Source: Magallana gigas
Taxonomy: Eukaryota
Direction of reading: 5' to 3'
DNA length: 64,000 bases
Assembly (NCBI RefSeq): GCF_963853765.1
Contig: NC_088853.1
Span: 73,346,001 to 73,410,000 of the forward strand
Under the pieces are notes generated by a model. That model saw nothing but the letters and a program-made list of their open reading frames with translations, searched no databases and was not told the DNA's origin. Shown piece by piece: positions 34,999 to 45,310 of the stretch; the first letter of the stretch is position 1; every line of letters starts with the position of its first letter. A program made the translations under genes and the position numbers.

Positions 34999-37900
34999 TC
35001 ACTGAATACATTCACACCGCGGACAGCCCCGGGAATCTACACGGTATCCGTTCATGCATTGCTTCATACAGTCAAAAATCCCCGGACAAACAAAACTTGC
35101 TACCCCGCCGGGAGAACTGGAACTGGCAAAAGGCACAGTAGTCAACGGAACCGGAGACGTAGATGAATCCGGAGGAGGAGCTGTAAACAAAATAGAATAT
35201 GTTGAATGACGCAATTACATGATTAAATCAATTGCATGTGTGACATTTTTTTCGAGGGGGGGGGGGGGGTATGTGACATTTTCATTCTTGCATAGATATC
35301 ATGATTTTATTACCTTGAGTAAATATATCGATGTCGGCGTTACACACACACAGAGGACATCCGGTCGCGTCTGTTTGATATCCGGTCCTACAGTCTAGTG
35401 TACAGAAAAAGTTTGCCAGACAGGCCTTCCCAAGGGGTGGGGCATCAGTCGTCGTAGAAACGCCGTTTACTGTTGTCGTGGAAGGCGTTGTTTGTGACGT
35501 CACTGTCACTGTTTGATTGACAGGTGCTGCAGTAGTGGTTGACGTAATGTTTTCTGTAACTCCTTTGAGTTTATCATAGTACGCCTTTAGATCTATTGGG
35601 AAATAGTTAGCAAGCAATGTTACTATATTCTTATACATGTATTTACAAAAAATGGGGGGGATGTCAGATACCTGACAATGAAGTTATAGAATTTCATATT
35701 AATAACTACCATTTCCACAGGCACATTTTGTGCATCCCTTTTCGTCGACAATTCGCTGGCACCAAGGAGGTGGGGCTGGACACGTATAAGGGGCGGGGTC
35801 ACAGTCCGTTTGATTGACATTCGGCGTTTTTTGATTGGTCAGTCCTGCAGAAGCTCCCATCATCGGATTCATTTGCCCCATGAATCCCCCCATAGGCGAC
35901 ATACCCCCAGAAAATCCCATCGGTCTCGACATTGGGGAGTTTCCGCTTCCGGACATGGGATTTCCTGAACCAAACATGGAGGCCATTGGATTCACTGGTC
36001 CCATTTGACCTATTCAATTTTTATAAGAGCAGGTTATAATTAGTATAAGAGGAACTACGTACAAAAGCGAAAATCAATTTATAAATTTTACAAAATTGCG
36101 TATCATATTAAGAAAATGTTAATAACCGTAATTAAAGTATGTTGATGTTAATTTTACTTGACCGGTGTAAGTATCAAGTAAAGTCAATATTTACAATAAG
36201 ACATTGGTTTTGAATTGTGTTAAAAAACACAAAGAAATTTAAATCTTATGTAGCTAATATTTATTATCTCATGACATGGTGTGGTAATTTCATTGGGAAA
36301 TACACATATCAACTGTTTTCAAACAAACTCACCGCTGTAGCTAGGAAATCCGGGAAAACCGAACCCGCCATTGTTACCATACATTGAAGTATCAAACGGA
36401 CTTAGTGCGCCTGCGCTGGCAGTTGCTCTAGAAGATCTGAAACTTCCTAAAATCAAATAAGGAAACGATTTTATCCATTTCCTCTTTTTTCTATCCCTTA
36501 ATATAAAAGCAGGGTCTAGTTGGAGTGCTTCTTATTTGAGTTGGATTTATGTATGATTCAGTGGCATGACTGTAAGATATTCCTCTATCTCAGGTATGCA
36601 TATTTTTTTTTTCAAGAATTGAGTCTCATCAACAATAAGTGATATACATGCTTTATATTATTACTCATTAGGTTCGTTACTGACTGTTTACAGAAATTTA
36701 CAGTCTGATATGTAAACAAACAAAAGATAATATATAACGATTAAATTCATAGCTTAATTCTCTAATTTTTTACCTTCCTCGTCAGTTGTTTACAAGTGCA
36801 AACCTCGATGCTATTGTAGGATCATAATATTACGTCACAGGTAATTAAAAGAGGGGTCACTCTAAATATTTTGGGGCTTAAAAATTAAAGGTATGGTTGA
36901 ACGTTTGTGTAAAAAATCAGCTAAAATAACGTTATGTCCGCCATGTTGCCGTTTAAATTTATGAGGCAATCACGTGACGCGATTCATCCAATGACGTCGA
37001 GACATTCTAGTCCGAGGCAAAACAAAAATATCTATAAACTAATTATGGCATTCGGAGAGCCCTTTAAAAAGGGTTAAGTTGTATATGTATATATACATAA
37101 TCATAAATGCGCTCCTTTGAATCGAACACTTATAAAGAGACGTATTTCTTTTAAAAATAAATTACTATATTTTAAATTATTGTTTTTTTTTTAGTTACTA
37201 AGTTGATAATTTAATGTTTTATCAGAAAATGATAAACCCGTTTACAAAAATACTTTTACCTACTGACTGGTAAATCTATTTATGTTGAAAATAAATTAAT
37301 GAAATAACTTGGCAATGCTAGTATTTTACGAGATAATATTTTTTCACGATCATTTGGCAATCGCTAAAAACATGGACATTTCGACCTTTCGAAATAAAAA
37401 AATTTTTATCGAAAAAATTCCGTAAATATGACTACACAAACAAAATGATTACATATTTCTGGATTATGTCCTGGGTTCTTAATTTGATAAAGACCACTTA
37501 AATTACTTTTTAGACACTCAAAACTATTAATCTACCATTTATGTGTATGCAAAATTTAACCTTCTTATAAGGTGAAAGTGAGAATAAAAAGTGATACAAT
37601 CCACTGGCCATTTATTTTCAAATAGCAGCAGTGTTATAATATAGATATAAGTAGATCCCAAGGTCAATGACCCCGGGGCAGTGACGGTGATTACCTAATA
37701 GACCACGTGACGGAATCTGTACGATTAACACCAATCCCCTAGGGACCGGCTGTACTAACTCACTCACGTAGAGAATAAGACGTGGCTCTAAGATAAGAGG
37801 TACCAGTTCAGGGAACCAGACCGTTCTCTCTAGCTGACAGTGTGTTCACTGGTCGACAACAATCTTTAAGTTAAAAAGATCTTCGTGTTCTTTGAAATAA

Positions 37901-38707
37901 TATCTCATTATGATTGGGTACATGTATTTTTTTTTTACTTTTTATCTGAATTCCTGTTTTTTTTTAAGTACTTGACAAATTTATACATGTTCATGTATGT
38001 GAAAAAAGGAGAGAGAAAACAATCATCTACATTTTTTAAAAAAAGTTCACAGTTCCATGCAATTGCCTTATAACATGTTGCCTTATAACTTGGACAACTA
38101 AACACGATCTCGTTGATAAACTCACTGTTACATTCACAAGTTCGGCAGCCATTCAAATCGGTGATGGTCGTACACCAAGGCGCAGGCAAGCATGATACTG
38201 AGTCAGATTTACATCGACTTCCATCTGACGCTTGTATCAATTTTTGGAAAAACATCTGTGCTGAAAAGTTGATTTGCTTATGAATTGAAATAATGTTAAT
38301 AACTTTTTTTTATTAAAATAATATTTAGTAAATTTTGAACATCCTTTTTTATTAGTGAATGCAGTAAAGACTATTTTCCCATACTGTGCACGTTTGAACA
38401 AAAACGATTTCAAAGCATTATTTAGAACATGTGTTACTCTGACATCTAGATAGATAAAACGCTACTGGCATTGTTGAGTGATTGTGCTGAACTGGCAATG
38501 TACTGACACCGTACTTAAAGTTAAGTAGCACTAGTACTGCACTTGTAAAGTGCTCAATCTGAATTCAGTGTAAACCATCAATCTGCATTGACGAGACCAT
38601 GCACTGAGTTTATAAGGTACCTACAATTAACATGCAAAATACTTACAATGAGCTTGATGTGTGAAATCGAAAATAAAAGATACGATACATATTAGCGTAA
38701 ATTTCAT
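34999..38707 (-). CDS. secreted antistasin-like protein C with Met/Gly/Pro-rich and Thr-rich regions (4 modules, 356 aa)
   Basis: Exons 38707-38647 (MKFTLICIVSFIFDFTHQAH, donor GTAAGT), 38260-38126, 36446-36333, 36009-35710, 35592-35314, 35180-34999 (TGA); 1071 nt in frame, all phase-1 introns. Confidence 0.85.
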
Positions 38708-39365
38708 TTTTATTCCACGTGCACGTCGAAATCTTCACCTGCCAAAAAATCCGAAAATTTGGATCATACATGGATTTGAATTTATCGATACACATTATTG
38801 AATGATAGACAAAAGCTATCAGTTAATTACATACCGTACTTCCGGTTAATCCCTCGACGAACTGGAATTTCAAGGCCATGCCTTTTGTTGATAGGTACCT
38901 GTATGAGTCGACATTGTCCAAAAGTCGAGCGCACCTGCTATTGACCACGATAGGATGTACTTAATGGTTTGGAGGGAGGGAGGGGGGGGGGGGTCAGCGA
39001 GGGTAATGACCATTGGTCATTGGAAGATAAGTACTTATAGTGTATTATGACTAGTAAGTAGGATAAGATGATCTAATTTTCGATATCGGCATGTTTATGC
39101 AAAGAACTGTTCCATCAACACCATCAACATTTGCAATTTTACAACACTAGGAAAGAGAGGGGGGGGGGGGGTACAATGCCAAAACCCATAAATGATCTAC
39201 TTGATTATTCCTATTATTTATTTATCTGTGAGAGACCGATACGATGTAACTGTAAAAGTTGGATGTGTAATTTAGTTTTGATCATACTGTTTCTTGTTAG
39301 AAAATTATTTTGAAACTTTCTTTATTCACGTTTACATCACAAAGACATGTATCATTCAGTTAATA

Positions 39366-39367
<2 letters not shown>

Positions 39368-39439
<72 letters not shown>

Positions 39440-39485
39440 GTTTCACACAATGAATAATCTCCGTGTCTTAAATAATTCACAAATC

Positions 39486-39566
<81 letters not shown>

Positions 39567-39612
39567 GTTTCACACAATGAATAATCTCCGTGTCTTAAAT
39601 AATTCACAAATC

Positions 39613-39695
<83 letters not shown>

Positions 39696-39725
39696 GTTTC
39701 ACACAATGAATAATCTCCGTGTCTT
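39368..39725. repeat. nested minisatellite: (TC)n block + 55-bp spacer, period about 128 bp, at least 3 units, runs into N-gap
   Basis: Spacer TTACGTTTCACACAATGAATAATCTCCGTGTCTTAAATAATTCACAAATCATACC repeated exactly between TC runs. Confidence 0.93.
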
Positions 39726-40635
39726 NNNNNNNNNNNNNNNNNNNNNNNNNNNNNNNNNNNNNNNNNNNNNNNNNNNNNNNNNNNNNNNNNNNNNNNNNNN
39801 NNNNNNNNNNNNNNNNNNNNNNNNNNNNNNNNNNNNNNNNNNNNNNNNNNNNNNNNNNNNNNNNNCTCTTCATCTAAAAAAAAAAACAGCATGTTGAGTT
39901 TAGATAAAAATATATTCATGCGTTACTAGTTTGTTGAATTCATTAAATTGATACTATAAAATTATCGAAAAGATTCTAGAATTGTTGATAGGTTTTAGGA
40001 ACTAAATTGATACAAATAAGTTATATGTTAAGTAGATGTACGAACTTAACATATTTGAGTTTATAAAATAATAATTGTAAATGCAATTTGAACATATTGC
40101 AATTCCATAAATTAAAAAAAAGTAAGATTAAGTTATTTGATAGATCCCTTATTCTTTTTACACATTATTTTGGCTAAAGCAGATCTTAATTGGTAGATAC
40201 CCCCACTCCAACCCCACACACGTAATATATATATTTTAGAAATTTCTATTTTAAATAATGATAATGGTATAATACATTCATACACTGAAAAAGTCAACGA
40301 GTTTTATTCTGTTTGTGGGTTTTTTTTTTCACATGTCATTTCATCGAATTCCAAACATTTGTAGCATGCTAATGCAAAGTCATATACAGCTTGTAAAAAA
40401 AAAAGTTAGAAAATAATGGATTGTCGTGAAAAAGCATTCTTTGAACTGGAACACACCTGTTGAATACTCCACTGCAGGTAAAGTCTGAATCTACGATTTA
40501 CCTTTTTGTTTTTAAACGAGAGCTTTCTGTGGCATTAGGACAGTGACGTCACAGAAACTTTTAAATGAAGATGGATGATAGAGACTGTAGACAAACCGAG
40601 ATCTGTATTTTAACTTCCCGAAAACGACATTCAAT

Positions 40636-42406
40636 ATGTGGACGTATTCATTTGGACAGAATGTTTTCCTACTCTTTGGTAAGATTTTTCACTCTTAATT
40701 TGAAAAATATCAGAATTAAAATATTATCTGAATACGGCAGCTTTCTGTACATGTATTTATATTACGTTAAATCTATCGAAATCACTTAATATTTATAATG
40801 ACAGAACGTGAAATGTTAAGAAGGTGTGTCATGTTTACTTGTTGTATTTTTTATTTACATGAATATATAAAACAAGTTACAACAACACTAAGCAACATAT
40901 ATCACTGACGCATTAGTATGTAAGGATAACTAAGAGATAAGGCCTATAAAAAAAGTTGTGTGTTTCGGGTAACCCGACCTAACCTACAAAAATGGCCCGA
41001 TCCTACCATTTTTAGATGTCTGATTTTATCCGATTGTGAATTTTATCTTATTTCCAATAAAAAATACGTTTTTAAATATGAAACAAACAAACTTTCTTAG
41101 GATTCATGCAAAAAAAATATGATAAAATAAAAAATAATTCCCTACCTACCTAACCTAATTTTTTCATCAGTGTTACCCTAAACACACAAATATTTTTTTA
41201 GGCCTAACTAAACTGTATCAATTTATAATAAGTTTGTTTTTATTATTTTTATAGACTTATTATTCATTTCATACTCCGTGGACTAACATTGACCAATGTA
41301 CATTTATAACGAGTAAAATCATTATTAAAAAATTAAAACTTTAATTTTGTTATGAACTTGATAAAACATTTATAATTTGATTTATAGTTCATGCGTAATT
41401 TTATATATCAATTGTTTACTTTTTAATCAAAAATACGCTTTTTTCAATCAAATTTTTTTTTTCCAAAGCTTTTTCCATTTATCACGTGACATCTCAGAAC
41501 ACGGAAACATCTCCTTCCGATCAGACATTTAATGGCGGATCTCGGAGGATCGCCAGCGGTACGGAACAAATTTCACCTCGCAGAGTTCCGATATGGGTCA
41601 GATCTAGGCAAATACCTAACCCAGCTAAACCAACCGTAACAACGAACACACGTGATCGAACACGTGATTTAGTGTGGAACCCGGCTAACGGTTTTGTGAG
41701 CTTTGCTCGACAAACCGGAAATAACCGTTTACAGTCAAACGCTCTGACGGGGGATACCTCAGACGGCGGGGCTATTGACCCGAGTCAGATTACAAACTTC
41801 AGAGTAAATTCGGGTTTTCAAAATTTTCCGGAAAATAATGGTGATACAAACAGTTTACGACAAACTGAATCTCAACGTAATTTTGAGGGTGATGGTAACA
41901 ACAGATTTAGCTGGAGAACTTCTAATGATAATAATTGGCCGAGCTGGAGAACTGTTCAAACCAATCAAGATCAAAATTCCCGTTTTGAAACAAACGCTGA
42001 AAGAATTAATCGCATAGAAGCGGAGAAGAGACGGATTAGAGAAGAGAATATCCGCAAAAAATACAGAAACAACGCCTTCCTTAACACTCGAGGGCTAGTG
42101 TCCGGCATCCGTCTCCCGACAAGATGGCAGAAAACATCACGTGACTCGAGTTTCTCTACCAATCGAAATCGTGAATTAACGTCTCCAGGAACTGATGCAT
42201 CCAATCAAAATAGAAGACTTGCGTTTTCTAGACGAGCTATTGAGCGTCCAGTAGTAAATTTGAATGATGAACAGACAACAGACATAGCTGACCGTCAAGC
42301 GGCACGTGATCAGTTGAGACAAGTATCTGTGTCAAGGTCATCGGGAGCTAACAGATATCTGAAGTCTCTATTGTATAACGTACTCAGAAGAGTCAACAGT
42401 AATTGA
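40636..42406 (+). CDS. secreted Cys-free Arg/Asn/Ser-rich low-complexity protein (326 aa), unknown function
   Basis: Exon 40636-40678 (MWTYSFGQNVFLLF, donor GTAAGA, phase 1) + exon 41469-42406 gives signal peptide MWTYSFGQNVFLLFAFSIYHVTS|QNT and includes the 306-aa ORF; AATAAA at 42583. Confidence 0.8.
40941..41204. mobile_element. PIF/Harbinger-type MITE in the intron of the R/N/S-rich gene
   Basis: TIR GGCCTA(T/A)AAAAA...TGTGTGTTT(C/A)GGGTAAC; TAA on both flanks (TWA TSD typical of Harbinger). Confidence 0.8.
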
Positions 42407-43164
42407 TTGTTCCCAATATCGATATTGAGCTATTGACGCTTATCTTTCGTATTTCTGGTTTCATTTTCTTTTATTCAACTAATTGCACTTCGTTTCTTGT
42501 TTCCTTGTAATCCATCAGTTTAATAGTAGTTGATTTTTTTTTGTCTGTAATTAAGAACATGTTGATACATAAATGCATATCAAATAAAAGAGTTACTAGA
42601 AATGATAACAAGTTTATCCGGTGGTACATTAAAAAATGAAACCGTGACAGCATCTTGCTTGTTTTGCTATTCCACAAAAAAATAAAAATGTGAGAATGAA
42701 TTAAAAAAAACTCATAAAGTAGTCAAACTCACAATATTATTCATTACCAGTGTACTTATATTTATATTAGTATGTGGCAGTGGACATTTTTCTCTTAAAA
42801 ACAATTCCAGGGGATGCGTGTTTTCGGAACTCTGTAACAAGAATAATTTATAAGTTCCCATTCAGCACAGTTGGTTTTAATCTACTCCTTATATGCCCTA
42901 TCACCAATTTCTGCAGAGAATAATCTGTCAGAACTTTTTACATTGTGTTTTTTTAATCCTACCATATTTCGACCATTTTTCGTAATTTCTCAGCTTTTCA
43001 GCTCTACAAGGGACAGTATTATGTGCATTTCGCCTCTTTGTAAGAAACTTTACTATAACTTATCCACCTAGCTACTTTTCATGTTGTTTTCCCTCCCGTT
43101 TGTAGCTTTCGTTTTCAATATGTAAGGTCAGCACAACAATTATGACCACATTACTTATCACAAA

Positions 43165-43800
43165 CATAAACAATAAAATACTAAATTTTATGATTCATGC
43201 GGAACATAGCAGAAAAAATACGGTATAACGGGTAATTTTTACTGCTGTGATTTTTTACGAATTTGCCATAAAATAGGGTAATTTGAATTTTTACGCGTAA
43301 TTTATTTACGAATTGGACATGTCCGTAAAAATTAAAATCATCTGTGGTAAAAGGGGGAAAATTTAATCGTGACTTTGTTACAGTTAACACACATATAAAT
43401 CAGAAAATCGTTTTTCTGTTAACGATTCCTTATATTTATGATTGTGTTTATACATTTATCTTTATTTCATAAGTGATATACACTTTACTTATTCCAATTT
43501 ATCTGGATATCATCATTGATGTACACCATGTGCTCGTCTCAGTTTGATTTACAGGGAAAAAAAGAAAGACAACTCCATTTCAAAAAAAAAATTCTCTCTC
43601 TCTTTCTTTCTATCCCAATTTAAAAAGACACCTAGCTACTAACGTGGCATTATACTTCTGTGAAAATTTACGGGTTTAATTTTTACGGATTTATAAAACT
43701 CGTAAAAATACCCGTTATAACGGGTATAAATACGGTATTCTGCAATGATCATTACCTTCATAACCCACATGAATCATCAAAGAAAGTATTTCATCGTTTA
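43165..43800. mobile_element. degenerate long inverted-repeat (foldback/MITE) element
   Basis: ATGATTCATG...TATAACGGGTA-TTTTTAC motifs recur in inverted orientation at about 43190-43260 and 43690-43780. Confidence 0.5.
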
Positions 43801-44353
43801 TATATTTACATCTGTCCTTCCACAAATAAATCAATTGATTGTACAAAGTAACTTTATTGTAATCAACTAAACTATTGTTAATGTATATTAGTACGTTACA
43901 TGTATTCAAAGCAGCCAAATCGCCTCCTATGGGAATTTGAGTCTGACATCATCATGATCATTAGTCTACTTTAGGTTTCGACTAATTGATAAAAGGTGCG
44001 TGTATATTTCACTAATTCAAGCAACACCTTTACTCATTCAAGTACAGATTTAAAAAAAAAAATCAAGCACAAAATTTTATATTTACATTCTACTGTGTTT
44101 TTCCATTAAATTCTGTGATCTTCAAATGCCTCTAAATGCAACAAGTAGTCAAAGGTCAAATTGACGAGTTTTATTATGACGTCACAAACGTTGAACGCTG
44201 TAAACTGCAACGTCACAAGCGAAAAATCAAAGTTCACGCTTGTGGCTGTTACTGTGGCTCTTCCATTAATATTAACTTACCCTTAGGAATTTTAAGGTAT
44301 GAATCACATTTGCAGACAAGGCAAGAAGTTAAAAAATGTAAATATAAGCATTA

Positions 44354-44485
44354 AATCATGATTCTTTGAAGTATACACTCTCATAACTGCAGCGGTGTGT
44401 GCATACAAATTTTCATAACGCTATGAAAATTTGTATGCACACACCGCTGCAGTTATGAGAGTGTATACTTAAAAAAATCATGATT
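44354..44485. repeat. near-perfect palindrome (49-bp perfect stem, 4-nt loop)
   Basis: 44369-44417 is the exact reverse complement of 44422-44470; loop ACGC; outer AATCATGATT arms extend it. Confidence 0.95.
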
Positions 44486-44653
44486 CAATGCTATAAAAAA
44501 GATTTATTTGGGTATCTTATCCGGAACTGTCGCTTGATGCCTATACAATGTAAATGGAGGTCTTCAATTACACACACCGGTAAAAAAATATGTAGATATC
44601 GAACCGATAAAAATAACAATCCTAAAAAAATCGGACATATATTACAGGTTTAT

Positions 44654-45300
44654 TATACATATATTACATGGCTTCGAGGGTGACATACCAGAATATTTGC
44701 CCCGAGGTGACAGGAAAGCCCTGGAGTCTTATGTCGCCCGATGCCGAAGGCAGAGGGCGTTGACGAAGGCAGAGGGCGACATAACACCCCAGGGCTTTCC
44801 TGTCACCGAGGGACAAATATTCTGGTAATGTCGCCCGAGAAGACGTGTAATATATGTTATATAACATTTTTTAGAATAAACATCTTTTTAAGAATATATT
44901 TACCTCTTTAACATATTTATTTTAATTATTTGTGCATCTTCATACCTTACAAATGTTCTCGTAAAATGTCGATCGATGCTTTCAAAAAAAAATATTATAA
45001 GATATAATTATTCAAATTTAACAATTAAAGTACGTTTCTCTAAACAGCAGACACTGTCATGACATTTTTTTTTCGAGGAACTGTTTACGTTTGCTTAGCT
45101 AAATTTCGAACCCGACGTAATTAATATGCAGAGGGTAATATAATAGTTTCGGAGGGCAATATAACCATTTCTCGGGAAAGATAACTTTTTCCGGGAGGGC
45201 AATATAACTATTTCCGGTGTGATTCAGCAATTTGCAGGACACAGCAATAAAATTATCTCATTTGTGACATAACGAGAAAAACATATTAAAAAATGTTATA
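44654..45300. mobile_element. non-autonomous DNA element with long terminal hairpin (copy 2)
   Basis: Both ends match 15841-16478; hairpin loop carries an extra GAAGGCAGAGGGCG duplication. Confidence 0.8.
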
Positions 45301-45310
45301 CAGGCTTTTA

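Noticed and set aside
38510-38879. Alternative first exons for gene C (MALKFQFVEGLTGST + IEHFTSAVLVLLNFKY)
   Set aside because: In frame but give a poor signal peptide and a weak donor; 38707-38647 gives a canonical signal and GTAAGT.
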